Position numbers and translations under genes: made by a program. Below are positions 44,881-53,887 of a DNA stretch of 64,000 nt, piece after piece. Position 1 is the stretch's first letter, and each line of letters starts with the position of its first letter. The DNA comes from a virus (taxonomy: Duplodnaviria > Heunggongvirae > Uroviricota > Caudoviricetes). The stretch is from IMG/VR virus record IMGVR_UViG_3300017987_005500; one strand, written 5' to 3'. The notes below the pieces were generated by a model, which saw only the letters and a list, made by a program, of their open reading frames with translations, was not told where the DNA came from and did no database searches.

Positions 44881-45198
44881 TTATTTTTTCACAATTTTAA
44901 ATTCAGGGATGATTTTATCCATAAATAGTACTACTTGTTTGAATACATTCATGATTCCTACTCTTGTAAGGAAATACATAAAATAACAAAGCACTATAAC
45001 TGGCCAAAATAAATAACTACAACCGACTGCGGCAGTTATATCAAAACCATCAATTGATTTTTCAGATTCCCCAGTTGTATAGTTGAGATAAGTCTGAGGA
45101 AATACTTTTTTAAATACGATTGTCCCTATGAAACAAGATATAACTCCATATATAATCCAGAATACCGAAGAACCCAATACACCTAACATAAATTTCAT
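44881..45198 (-). CDS. Membrane protein, paralog B (105 aa)
   Basis: 'MKFMLGVLGSSVFWIIYGVISCFIGTIVF...IIPEFKIVKK'. Confidence 0.5.
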   Translation of the reverse strand: MKFMLGVLGSSVFWIIYGVISCFIGTIVFKKVFPQTYLNYTTGESEKSIDGFDITAAVGCSYLFWPVIVLCYFMYFLTRVGIMNVFKQVVLFMDKIIPEFKIVKK

Positions 45199-45225
45199 AT
45201 CAACTTCCTTTTTGCATTTAATAAA

Positions 45226-45308
45226 TGGAGCGAGAGACGGGACTCGAACCCGCAGTGCTTACGCGCCAGCTTGGAAGGCTGGTGATCTACCAGTTGATCG
45301 ACTCTCGC
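45226..45308 (-). tRNA. tRNA-Gly (anticodon TCC) with unusually long (~12-nt) variable region
   Basis: Acceptor gcgagag/ctctcgc, D arm 'gatc-aactggta-gatc', anticodon arm 'ccagc-cttccaa-gctgg', T arm 'gcggg-ttcgagt-cccgt', CCA; 83 nt. Confidence 0.5.
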
Positions 45309-45653
45309 TTAATCTTCATAAATATCATCTAAAGATTGTTTATTATCCATAAGTCTTCTTAATCTACTTACTGTTATTTCTTTCTTTAATTTTCTCTTGA
45401 TTTTAAATCTATGTTTGTTTATTTTTTCAAGTACATTTGCATTAGATAAAACTTGAAGATATGTATATATAGTTTTATCAAAATGTAAATCAAGATCATC
45501 GTTAATATTAATTCCCATGACATTTACTTTAGTAAATTCATGACCTATATCATGATCAATTAAATAACCATATAATAAATGCCATGCGCTAACTTTGCCT
45601 CTATTATTTTTCATGTAATTCATAATTACCTCATGCAAATAAATCAAAATCAA
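45309..45653 (-). CDS. Paralog family 2 member (114 aa)
   Basis: Member of five tandem ~90-115-aa paralogs. This copy is a divergent end member without the C-terminal 'GDWKSWFCNDIFE' box. Confidence 0.4.
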   Translation of the reverse strand: MILIYLHEVIMNYMKNNRGKVSAWHLLYGYLIDHDIGHEFTKVNVMGININDDLDLHFDKTIYTYLQVLSNANVLEKINKHRFKIKRKLKKEITVSRLRRLMDNKQSLDDIYED

Positions 45654-45903
45654 TGTTATTATGAATCACTTGTCTTAATTTGCTCCAAGTTGCATTTTCA
45701 CCTAATCGTTTCATCAACTCGAATTTATTTTTACCAACTCTTTCAAGACAACCAACTCTTATCAAATTATTAATATAAACAGTCATTGTGTCCTGAAAAG
45801 TTTTTTCAAAGCTGTCATGTAAAATACAAATATCCATTTTTGTAAAGACATCCCCAATATCTTTATTTTTTAAAAATGTAGTCATTATGTTCCACTTATC
45901 CAT
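45631..45903 (-). CDS. Paralog family 2 member (90 aa)
   Basis: Shares 'DIGDVFTKMDI...' / 'NLIRVGCLERVGKNKFEL' architecture with neighbours. Confidence 0.4.
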   Translation of the reverse strand: MDKWNIMTTFLKNKDIGDVFTKMDICILHDSFEKTFQDTMTVYINNLIRVGCLERVGKNKFELMKRLGENATWSKLRQVIHNNIDFDLFA

Positions 45904-45906
45904 AAT

Positions 45907-46215
45907 TCACTCGCTTTCAAATATGTCATTACAAAACCAAGCTTTCCAATCACCCTTTAGGTAATTTCTAATTGTGGTAATTTTAATTCCCTTTGCTAAT
46001 CTATTTTTAATTTCATATTTACCATTAGTGACAGTTTTAAGTGCTCCACATCTCTTTGCTATGTATATATAACTATCAATTGATTTACTAAATTGATTAA
46101 TAAAAGGATCAATATTTTCATCTTCCCACATTTCAATAAGTTCTAGTCTTGTAACTATTTCATTTAATTCTTTTTCTCTTAAATAATTAACAAACTTTTC
46201 CCATTTGTTTTCCAT
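45907..46215 (-). CDS. Paralog family 2 member (102 aa)
   Basis: C-terminal 'GDWKAWFCNDIFESE'. Confidence 0.5.
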   Translation of the reverse strand: MENKWEKFVNYLREKELNEIVTRLELIEMWEDENIDPFINQFSKSIDSYIYIAKRCGALKTVTNGKYEIKNRLAKGIKITTIRNYLKGDWKAWFCNDIFESE

Positions 46216-46218
46216 ATT

Positions 46219-46512
46219 TCACTCTTCAAATATGTCATTCATAAACCAAGATTTCCAATCCCCTTTTACCATTTGTCTAATGACTGAAATTTTCGCTTTT
46301 TTAGTTAGTCTTCTTAATATTTTATATGTGTCAAAACCACTTTTCTCAATGGCACCCGCTTCAACGAGATCATTAAAATATCCGTCAATTTTATTGTCTA
46401 TAACTAATACATATTTGTCTTTTATATTACGATACAAAATGTCTTCTTTTGTAAATTCATGACCTATTCTTTTTGTTCTCAGATATTTTTTAAGTTCGCC
46501 CCATGTAATCAT
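46219..46512 (-). CDS. Paralog family 2 member (97 aa)
   Basis: C-terminal 'GDWKSWFMNDIFEE'. Confidence 0.5.
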   Translation of the reverse strand: MITWGELKKYLRTKRIGHEFTKEDILYRNIKDKYVLVIDNKIDGYFNDLVEAGAIEKSGFDTYKILRRLTKKAKISVIRQMVKGDWKSWFMNDIFEE

Positions 46513-46850
46513 ATAGATTCCATTTCGAATAAATCATTACAAAACCATGATTTCCAATTACCGTTCACATAGTCTATAATGTTTTCAAATGTTGCATCAT
46601 TTGCTAATTTTTTCTCAAGAATATATAAACCTATAACTTGTGATTTTAAAACTCCAGCATCTATTAATAATTCAACCCTTTTATAAATTTCAGTAGTATC
46701 AACATCATCTATATCTTCCTCATCTTCTACATTTAAAGGAAAACGATGAGGAAGAGTTTTAAAACAATGGTCTAAAATTTTAAAATATGGTATTTGATCA
46801 CCAATATTCTGAGCGTTTATATATTCAGAAATCTTTTCAAAAATTTCCAT
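46509..46850 (-). CDS. Paralog family 2 member (113 aa)
   Basis: C-terminal 'GNWKSWFCNDLFEMESI'. Confidence 0.5.
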   Translation of the reverse strand: MEIFEKISEYINAQNIGDQIPYFKILDHCFKTLPHRFPLNVEDEEDIDDVDTTEIYKRVELLIDAGVLKSQVIGLYILEKKLANDATFENIIDYVNGNWKSWFCNDLFEMESI

Positions 46851-46854
46851 AATA

Positions 46855-47613
46855 TCACTTTAACAAATATTTCCACCAATGTGTTTCACCTGCCATGTTT
46901 AAGCAAGTCCATTTAGTGCCTTCATCGAAACCTTCCTTAAATAAATGCCAATGAGCAAAATACCATAAAGAAGGTCGATATTTTTTTAATAATACTGATA
47001 AAGCTTTCCTACTTGGGTCATTATACTTTTCACTATCTCCCTCAACTTTAAATTCAGTTGGACAAGTATGTGAAATTATTATGTCAACCTTAACATCAGG
47101 TAAATTATAAATGTCTCTTTGAGAAATTAATTCTTCAGGAAACCAGTCATATCCTGGAGTTCTCAAATTTTTGTCAATTGAGTCGCCCCCTCCCATAAAG
47201 AGAACAACTCTTTTGTCAGGTAAAGTTAACGTAGATCCCCTTTTCATATAGAAAACATTAGGGCAGATCTCGTTATCTTTTACCTCATTGAGCTTTGAAA
47301 ATTCTTCATGATTTCCATCGCACCAATATATCTTCGTATTTGGATTTTTCATTCCGCATACTTTATATTTGTTCTTCTTTCTATAGTAACCATGATCTTC
47401 ATATGGCACTTCTTCCATACTTGGCCAATAACCAAAGTCACCGCATTGAAGAATAATATCAGGGTTCTTAGTATTAATTAATGTATTTAAATATCTCCAA
47501 TTCCCATGAGTATCACCACATACTATAATCTTCATTTTTTCATTGAGTTTATAAATGCTAAAATTGCTGAAACTCCTCCAGCGCAAGCGCCTGCTCCAAA
47601 AGTTATAATACAT
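46855..47613 (-). CDS. Calcineurin-like metallophosphoesterase
   Basis: 'MKIIVCGDTHGNW' (GDxHG motif), 'LQCGDFGYW' (GDxxY), 'CDGNHE' (GNH[E/D]). Confidence 0.65.
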   Translation of the reverse strand: MYYNFWSRRLRWRSFSNFSIYKLNEKMKIIVCGDTHGNWRYLNTLINTKNPDIILQCGDFGYWPSMEEVPYEDHGYYRKKNKYKVCGMKNPNTKIYWCDGNHEEFSKLNEVKDNEICPNVFYMKRGSTLTLPDKRVVLFMGGGDSIDKNLRTPGYDWFPEELISQRDIYNLPDVKVDIIISHTCPTEFKVEGDSEKYNDPSRKALSVLLKKYRPSLWYFAHWHLFKEGFDEGTKWTCLNMAGETHWWKYLLK

Positions 47614-47732
47614 GAAGTCATGCGATGTTCTATATTAGATGCCATTAAAAATAATATCAGCCCAGCTACAGAAAGTCCTGCTATGACAATATTAACATTT
47701 TTCTTTGGGATCTCTGCTTTTATTTTTATCAT
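47532..47732 (-). CDS. Small membrane protein (66 aa)
   Basis: Hydrophobic 'IVIAGLSVAGLILFLMASNI...'; overlaps the phosphoesterase N-terminal region in a different frame, so uncertain. Confidence 0.25.
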   Translation of the reverse strand: MIKIKAEIPKKNVNIVIAGLSVAGLILFLMASNIEHRMTSCIITFGAGACAGGVSAILAFINSMKK

Positions 47733-47970
47733 TTTTAAAAGTTCCTTCTTTTCTTAAATGCAATGTATACTTTACTAAAATCATAAGACAGACAAATAAC
47801 ATCCCTGCTATAAAACCACAAAAGCATTTGAAATATACCATCTCGATTTTAATCATAAACACTACCATGAGAGCTATAGCTAAAATAGTCCATGTAAATA
47901 AAAATATTAAAGCATTTTTATGATTATCTTTTTCATGCTGCTTCGGCGTGTTCCCAATCTTCGACTTCAT
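47692..47970 (-). CDS. Small membrane protein (92 aa)
   Basis: Two TM-like segments 'ALIFLFTWTILAIALMVVFMI...FIAGMLFVCLMILV'. Confidence 0.35.
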   Translation of the reverse strand: MKSKIGNTPKQHEKDNHKNALIFLFTWTILAIALMVVFMIKIEMVYFKCFCGFIAGMLFVCLMILVKYTLHLRKEGTFKNDKNKSRDPKEKC

Positions 47971-49114
47971 ATAATAGACTGCTCCCAGGAACTAACTTCC
48001 TTGTATAAGATGTTGATTGAATGAAAACTCTATATTTATCAATTGCTTTTGGAGAAAGATATTCTGCATCAGCGCCTTTACATTCACTCTTAGGACGCCA
48101 CTCAACAAGTCCGAGCATTTCTCTACACTCAGAACCATTAAAGAAATCACCTGATTCACGATCCATCATTATAATTTCCTTATGAGGTTGGACTTTATAT
48201 CTCTTTTTTCCATATCTTACCAGCTCATAAAAACCTCGACCAGTCTTGAAGTCAATTCCTTGCTCTTCAATAAACTCTCGAATCTTAACATCTTCAAAGA
48301 CTTCAATTGTTTGAAATCTTCCAGATGGAACCGGGTTAAGTCCGTCCTCCTCAAAAGCATATTTTGTCCTTGCAACAACGTCAGGTCTTGGAGATGTCCC
48401 ATAACTTTCATATGAAACTTCTTCTCCTCTTAATGCGCCAATTGACATTGCAAGACCCCGAGTCATTCGGTTGCCTTTTTCAATCTCATTTGCATATTGA
48501 TTGAGAGCTTCATCGCTATCTTGCTTATAACATATACTCATTAGCAAGTCTGTAACATAGTTGAATTGATCAAGTGTTAAATAAAACCCACCTGTCTTTT
48601 CTGCAATTTCTGTATAAAAAGGTTTGGAGTGCCTTCTTATTCCTGGCATTGCATGAACTCCATATACATTAATTCCCGCTTCCATAAGGAGTCCTAACTC
48701 ATTTCGCCAGTCAATCTTTTTTGTATTTTCATGATGATTTGGACCATGAGGTACATCATCTCCAATCATTACAACAATTTTTGATCTTCCTGATTGCCAC
48801 GTCAGTTCAGTTCTTGCTTCATGAAGAACTAGCTCATAACATTCCGGAGTATCTCCGCCAAATGTTCTTTCTACATTATTTACAAATCTTGAAACTTCAT
48901 TAACGTCTGTTGAGAAATCCATAATCTTTGTTACATATGCACTTCTAGCATCACAATAATCACCATGAGCAATTATTGCAATTCTTAAGTCGGGTATGTC
49001 TTTGAAAAGTCTTTTAACTGTCTCAGTAACATTTCGTCGTACTTGTGTGAGACAAGGATACATACTTCCTGTTGTGTCAAAGGTAATGCAAGCATCAATA
49101 GAGGTATTCATCAA
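47933..49114 (-). CDS. vWA-domain protein (393 aa)
   Basis: 'ITFDTTGSMYP' MIDAS DxTGSM motif; 'VVMIGDDVPHG'. Confidence 0.55.
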   Translation of the reverse strand: MMNTSIDACITFDTTGSMYPCLTQVRRNVTETVKRLFKDIPDLRIAIIAHGDYCDARSAYVTKIMDFSTDVNEVSRFVNNVERTFGGDTPECYELVLHEARTELTWQSGRSKIVVMIGDDVPHGPNHHENTKKIDWRNELGLLMEAGINVYGVHAMPGIRRHSKPFYTEIAEKTGGFYLTLDQFNYVTDLLMSICYKQDSDEALNQYANEIEKGNRMTRGLAMSIGALRGEEVSYESYGTSPRPDVVARTKYAFEEDGLNPVPSGRFQTIEVFEDVKIREFIEEQGIDFKTGRGFYELVRYGKKRYKVQPHKEIIMMDRESGDFFNGSECREMLGLVEWRPKSECKGADAEYLSPKAIDKYRVFIQSTSYTRKLVPGSSLLYEVEDWEHAEAA

Positions 49115-49129
49115 AGTTTCCTTTTTCAG

Positions 49130-49402
49130 TTATCTTACTCTTATCCTTACATCATCATTTGGTATAAGGTCATCTCGAGTAATTCGTTTATAATAATCTT
49201 CAAGTTTCGAGTGTAATAAGCATCCAAATTTATAAGGATTATTAATAATCAAATATGGATGTTCACCATCTTCATCGTGAGTTGTAACCGGACTTAATAA
49301 ATCACCGACTGGAATTTTACCACATCGGTATCTCATTCCACCATTATGATTTACAACTACAATTGTTTCTTTTAAATGATCACACGTGTCACAAGATAAC
49401 AT
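49130..49402 (-). CDS. Hypothetical Cys-rich protein (90 aa)
   Basis: 'CDTCDH...' ORF. Confidence 0.4.
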   Translation of the reverse strand: MLSCDTCDHLKETIVVVNHNGGMRYRCGKIPVGDLLSPVTTHDEDGEHPYLIINNPYKFGCLLHSKLEDYYKRITRDDLIPNDDVRIRVR

Positions 49403-49407
49403 ATTCT

Positions 49408-49740
49408 CTATTCCTTTATTTCCTTTAATCCATCTCTATCAACTCTATATAACTTTGGTTCATGTGCATTATATGAAAATGATAATTTGTTAGAATCTTT
49501 ATTATCAATTGAATATATAAATTCAATAGTATCAATGTATCTATTGTACTTAAATGATATACTTTTATCACATTTATCATATTTAATAATGCAAATTTCT
49601 TCACCATCATATACAATTGTATCACCATTGAATGATATTTTATTTCCAAACATGTCTGAATATGTTTGAGTCGGTATTCTATGAATATTAGTGCATGATG
49701 ATAAAAATAATATAATGGGTATAATTAATAACCTTTTCAT
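49408..49740 (-). CDS. Predicted lipoprotein (110 aa)
   Basis: Signal peptide + lipobox 'MKRLLIIPIILFLSSC'. Confidence 0.5.
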   Translation of the reverse strand: MKRLLIIPIILFLSSCTNIHRIPTQTYSDMFGNKISFNGDTIVYDGEEICIIKYDKCDKSISFKYNRYIDTIEFIYSIDNKDSNKLSFSYNAHEPKLYRVDRDGLKEIKE

Positions 49741-49967
49741 TTATATCCTTCCATTTTTCGTAATTCGTTAATGTCTAAATATTCAAATCCTTGTCCACAT
49801 GAAATACAAAAATCCATTGAAAGAAGTTTAAAAGTTTTCTGATCTCTTGAAACTAATAAATATCCATCATCACATTTTGGGCAAATAGATCTATAAATAG
49901 ACTCTTCACTTGCTCTCGTTAATTCGCTATGCTTAACTTTCTCAGTTTCGTTATGCAGATTTTTCAT
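49737..49967 (-). CDS. Small zinc-ribbon protein (76 aa)
   Basis: 'CPKCDDG...CISCGQG'. Confidence 0.4.
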   Translation of the reverse strand: MKNLHNETEKVKHSELTRASEESIYRSICPKCDDGYLLVSRDQKTFKLLSMDFCISCGQGFEYLDINELRKMEGYK

Positions 49968-49969
49968 TA

Positions 49970-50255
49970 TTCTTCCTTTAAAAATACATGACGGTCACTC
50001 TTGCCGGAGCTGTCTAGTCCGGTTAGCATTCACGAAGTTATTGATTTTGAGGATTAAATCAACTCCGCTACATTTCCTTCAACAATATCACCTCATGGTG
50101 GTGCTTTCTCTGCTTAATTGTTATAAGATAACTTATACGCAGTCTTGTAGATATGATGAAGTATATCACCCCTTTTCCAATGTGACAGACCGTGAGTCCG
50201 GAACCCTCAGCTCACTCGTCGGGATAAGTCCTTTTCGCTGTCATGTAAATCGTGG
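49970..50255. other. ~285-nt ORF-free, relatively GC-rich region with hairpins, adjacent to tRNA-Met (candidate structured ncRNA)
   Basis: No credible ORF (the 50041..50382 ORF runs through the tRNA). Hairpin 'ccgga-gctgtctag-tccgg'; segments 'gtgagtccggaaccctcagctcac'. Confidence 0.3.
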
Positions 50256-50329
50256 TGGACCCGAGAGGATTCGAACCTCCAACCTTTCGGTTATGAGCCG
50301 AAGGATCTACGCAATTGATCTACGAGTCC
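50256..50329 (-). tRNA. tRNA-Met (anticodon CAT; could also be initiator or Ile-lysidine type)
   Basis: Acceptor ggactcg/cgggtcc (one G.U), D arm 'gatc-aattgcgta-gatc', anticodon arm 'ttcgg-ctcataa-ccgaa', T arm 'ggagg-ttcgaat-cctct', CCA encoded. Confidence 0.6.
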
Positions 50330-50333
50330 AAAA

Positions 50334-50582
50334 TCATAAAATGTCTTTTGTTTTTATTCTAAAAAATTTTTTAATTTTATAACGTCTTGTTTTCCAAGTT
50401 AAATAAGATTCCTCATCAAGCAAAACCCACTCTTTAGGAATTATATTTAAATCTTGTGTCCAAATTGCAAATAATCTAGTGGGTGGCAAACCTTCACCGA
50501 AGTGATAATATCTCCATTTACCACCCACTATAAATCTTGTCAATTTGAAGGCAGATAAAAACCCTCCTTCGATTAATCTCAT
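50334..50582 (-). CDS. Hypothetical protein (82 aa)
   Basis: Small ORF. Confidence 0.35.
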   Translation of the reverse strand: MRLIEGGFLSAFKLTRFIVGGKWRYYHFGEGLPPTRLFAIWTQDLNIIPKEWVLLDEESYLTWKTRRYKIKKFFRIKTKDIL

Positions 50583-50590
50583 AATTCACC

Positions 50591-51541
50591 TTAGTCAAGA
50601 AATACTACATTCGCTCCTCTAATTTCACCATTGACAACAACTTTGTGCCATCTTTTTAAAGTAATGGTTGCGTGATCAGGATGGCGAATAGTTCCTTTTA
50701 CATATAAAGTAGGATCTTTCACCATTGGAGTCCAACTAAGTTTTTTCTTTTTAGGATATTTTTTGTATAATTTCTTTCTTTCTTCTTCAGTATATCCTGT
50801 TCTTAGTTTATCTCTTTCAGATTCAGTAAGATCACTATGTCCCCAAGGATCTGTAGCAACATAAACAACTTCTCCTCCGAAGCGATAAGCATATTGTGCA
50901 ATATGAGGTTTTCCTCCAACACGTCCGGCGAGAATTAAAGGTTCATTTTTAAGAATGATATCTTCAGGATCTTTATGATCGGTGGGAACGAAAAACCACT
51001 CACCTTGTCTGACGAACCCATCATTCTTTCTTTTATTCCAGTTTTTTCTCTTTACTCCACTTCGTTTTTGGGCGTCAATAATCTCAGCTGGTTTAAGAGA
51101 GTCTTTCGCTGTATTGATATTTGTAGCACTGGCATTGACTTGACTTGAGAACCAATGTCTTTCGTCATGTCCGCAAAGAGCTTTTACCATATCAGCTTTT
51201 TCGTGAGGATTTTCTCTTGGGATTTTTGCATTGAGTAAGAGATGTCTATCTTTAGCGTCAATATTAACAATGTCAATGTCAACTTTATCAGTCACAACAA
51301 TGTCGAAAAATTCTCCCTTTTTGTCTTCACTCACGTCTACTGTGAATCTATGTTCAGGTGGGGTATTTCGTCTTAGTCTTTCACCTAACATATTTAATCT
51401 GAATGTTCGTCCGATGAAGGGATTTCTTTCTCTTGGCGCTCTGATTTTAACACGCGCTCCCATCTCTTCGAACTTTTTAATTACGTTTTGTCTTTCCATT
51501 GTCTTACTACCTTGATTTTGATGTACATATTTTGCCATCAC
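50591..51541 (-). CDS. Hypothetical protein (316 aa), basic N-terminus
   Basis: Long ORF; no motif recognised with confidence. Confidence 0.5.
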   Translation of the reverse strand: MMAKYVHQNQGSKTMERQNVIKKFEEMGARVKIRAPRERNPFIGRTFRLNMLGERLRRNTPPEHRFTVDVSEDKKGEFFDIVVTDKVDIDIVNIDAKDRHLLLNAKIPRENPHEKADMVKALCGHDERHWFSSQVNASATNINTAKDSLKPAEIIDAQKRSGVKRKNWNKRKNDGFVRQGEWFFVPTDHKDPEDIILKNEPLILAGRVGGKPHIAQYAYRFGGEVVYVATDPWGHSDLTESERDKLRTGYTEEERKKLYKKYPKKKKLSWTPMVKDPTLYVKGTIRHPDHATITLKRWHKVVVNGEIRGANVVFLD

Positions 51542-51622
51542 ACGTCCTCCTTTGTTAGAGTTTTACGTGTGTGGCAGACCTCCCGCTGCTAAAATTGATC
51601 TATAAACCATTGTATTTCCTCC

Positions 51623-52069
51623 TTAAAATGGGTCAATTGGCATGCAAACAATATCATCTATACAACCTGTCACTTTTAATTTATATTCAGTTTGTCTTTT
51701 ATACATCTTTGAAATAATTAAAGCATAACCTGCAGCTTCAAGAAAATTATTAAAAAGTCCAAACCAAAATGTTTTTCCAGTTCTTAAATCTCTTAATTCA
51801 CTTTGATAATGATCAGCATATCTTGTTGATACATTATGCTGTATATCAATCTTTCCACCTTCTGGATGGAGTTTAATGAAACTTCTTTCATAATTGATGT
51901 TGATAAACCATCTTTTGTATAAACCGCTTTTTGCAAATGTATTATTTAAAATAAATTGCTGTGCATCATCAACTGCTTTTCGTACTTCTTTCTCATGTAG
52001 CATAATTGTCTCCAAACTTCGTAATTCGTCATGGTACCCCAGGCAGGATTCGAACCTGCGCGCAAACAT
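51623..52069 (-). CDS. Hypothetical protein (148 aa)
   Basis: ORF; function not recognisable. Confidence 0.45.
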   Translation of the reverse strand: MFARRFESCLGYHDELRSLETIMLHEKEVRKAVDDAQQFILNNTFAKSGLYKRWFININYERSFIKLHPEGGKIDIQHNVSTRYADHYQSELRDLRTGKTFWFGLFNNFLEAAGYALIISKMYKRQTEYKLKVTGCIDDIVCMPIDPF

Positions 52070-52107
52070 TTAGAGTGTCCTGCTCTAAACCACTGAGCTA
52101 CTGGGGC
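52032..52107 (-). tRNA. Suppressor tRNA (anticodon CTA, reads UAG amber)
   Basis: Acceptor gccccag/ctggggt, D arm 'gctc-agtggttta-gagc', anticodon arm 'ggaca-ctctaaa-tgttt' (two G.U pairs), T arm 'gcagg-ttcgaat-cctgc', CCA encoded. Confidence 0.5.
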
Positions 52108-52114
52108 AGTTTAA

Positions 52115-52417
52115 TTAAAGTAAGTTGAGTCCCTTAAATGAGTCATTTTGGTCTAAGCACGCGATTGAGGTTAATTGGTTACCTATATCTGGCTCAATAA
52201 ATTTCTCATGAAATATACCGTCCATACTTAGTCTATGAAGGTATTTTTTCAATTGGTATTGACTTACTTTTAAATAAACAAACGTCTGTCTATCCCAGTT
52301 TATGTCAGGTCGCTTTGATGCAAATTTAGCGACGACGTGACCACCTTGTACTGCTTGCTGGGAACTACTTAAGTCATTTCGTATGAGGACATATAACTTC
52401 ATTCCTTTGTCCTCCAT
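52115..52417 (-). CDS. Peptidyl-tRNA hydrolase PTH2-like protein (100 aa)
   Basis: 'KLYVLIRNDLSSSQQAVQGGHVVAKF' resembles the PTH2 'vvRtDLkMgkGKiaAQcsHaa' core; short (100 aa). Confidence 0.4.
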   Translation of the reverse strand: MEDKGMKLYVLIRNDLSSSQQAVQGGHVVAKFASKRPDINWDRQTFVYLKVSQYQLKKYLHRLSMDGIFHEKFIEPDIGNQLTSIACLDQNDSFKGLNLL

Positions 52418-52650
52418 TCTGTAATTTTCTCTTGTAACTCTTTTTTAATTCTATCAATCCAATCTTCGTCCGGTTCATTATCTTCTCTTGGGATTTCAAT
52501 TTGTTTTCGTTTTCGCCCTCTTAATTCACAATAGGCGATGTGTTGATGTCTAAAAATAACACTATCCCAATTATCATGTTCTTCTCTAATTTTAGATGCA
52601 AGTGCTTTCTGTGTTTCTTTGAATTTTAAAAATGGATTAATTGTAGTCAT
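52399..52650 (-). CDS. Hypothetical protein (83 aa)
   Basis: Small charged ORF. Confidence 0.4.
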   Translation of the reverse strand: MTTINPFLKFKETQKALASKIREEHDNWDSVIFRHQHIAYCELRGRKRKQIEIPREDNEPDEDWIDRIKKELQEKITEWRTKE

Positions 52651-52763
52651 TTTATGTTCTCCTTATAAATTATGTTTATTAAATTAAAATTATCAAATGT
52701 TAATAAACATATAAGGAGGTCCACGAATGACCTACGTATCAAAATCTTTGTAATTAAGCTACG

Positions 52764-53006
52764 TCATAATTTTCCCTTTCTTCTAAATAGTTTAAAAAAA
52801 CTTCTCCAAAAAGATTTTTTTATAGGAACATCATTGGATGATCCTATAATTATAACTGTGGAAGGTTTAGGTTTGATCAATTCAAATTCATCTTCTGTAG
52901 CATCTTTATATTCATATATTTCTCTTTGCTTACAATCTTCACAAACCAAATCCTCCATCGAGTCATAATAAATTGGTTCATTATCGCATCCTATGTAATC
53001 ACACAT
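52764..53006 (-). CDS. Small zinc-ribbon protein (80 aa)
   Basis: 'MCDYIGCDNE...CEDCKQ'. Confidence 0.35.
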   Translation of the reverse strand: MCDYIGCDNEPIYYDSMEDLVCEDCKQREIYEYKDATEDEFELIKPKPSTVIIIGSSNDVPIKKSFWRSFFKLFRRKGKL

Positions 53007-53155
53007 TAAAACCTTCCTATTAAAAAATTAAAATAAATTCCCTCTTATAAATTAATATATATAATAGGAAGGTTTATATTAAAACTTCAATTCTTTATCA
53101 TCATCGTCTTTATTACATATTCTGAATAATTTCCAGATCCAACATAAGAACTTTC

Positions 53156-53449
53156 CTATACGATCTCCAGCTCTGTTGGGGCAGCGGGAGCAACGAAATC
53201 TAAAGGGACGTTATTCTTTACCGCCAAAGGTCCCTCATTTCCAACATCATCAACTGCTGAAAGACCTATATTATAAGTCCCATCAACATCACCAAGAAGT
53301 CCATTTAATTCAACTGAAGTAACATTTCCCAATGAATGTTTTGTTGAGGACATTGTTACAGCATTTGGAACTTCTTCAACATATAAATTATAACCTGTTA
53401 CATCTGAAGCAGTACTTGCTTTCCATTTAAGAGTTTTTGTTTTTGCCAT
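53156..53449 (-). CDS. Hypothetical protein (97 aa), beta-rich
   Basis: 'LKWKASTASDVTGYNLYVEE' (FN3-like W..Y.LY signature). Confidence 0.4.
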   Translation of the reverse strand: MAKTKTLKWKASTASDVTGYNLYVEEVPNAVTMSSTKHSLGNVTSVELNGLLGDVDGTYNIGLSAVDDVGNEGPLAVKNNVPLDFVAPAAPTELEIV

Positions 53450-53468
53450 TTTTATTCTCCTTATTAAG

Positions 53469-53885
53469 TTATTCTAAGATTAATCCCTCAATTGGAGGGA
53501 TTTGTGCATATACCCACCATGCTTGCTTTTCACCATTCATTCTTGAATTTTCAGGTTGGGTTGTATGAGACCAATCTGAAGTTTTAGTTTCTCCATCAAC
53601 TAAAGTTATTGATCTAATTATAAATATATAATGACCAACTTTATTAAAAGTATATGTTGTTGATATACTTGTCGTGGACCCTAAATCTATGAGTTGTTCT
53701 GTCTCAGCATGATATGCTTTAATCTCATATATGATAATATTATCAATAGGTTCCCAACCAAGTTCAATTGTATCACCAACATAAACCCATCGAGTAGCGA
53801 ATACATAATGACCTTTTTCAAATGCATGAATGTATGAAGCAAACATTGAAATAAGCATAAATGAAATTAAAATTATTTTTTTCAT
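53469..53885 (-). CDS. Secreted FN3/Ig-like protein, paralog A (138 aa)
   Basis: Signal peptide 'MKKIILISFMLISMFASYIHA'; shared C-terminus 'WVYAQIPPIEGLILE'. Confidence 0.5.
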   Translation of the reverse strand: MKKIILISFMLISMFASYIHAFEKGHYVFATRWVYVGDTIELGWEPIDNIIIYEIKAYHAETEQLIDLGSTTSISTTYTFNKVGHYIFIIRSITLVDGETKTSDWSHTTQPENSRMNGEKQAWWVYAQIPPIEGLILE

Positions 53886-53887
53886 AT

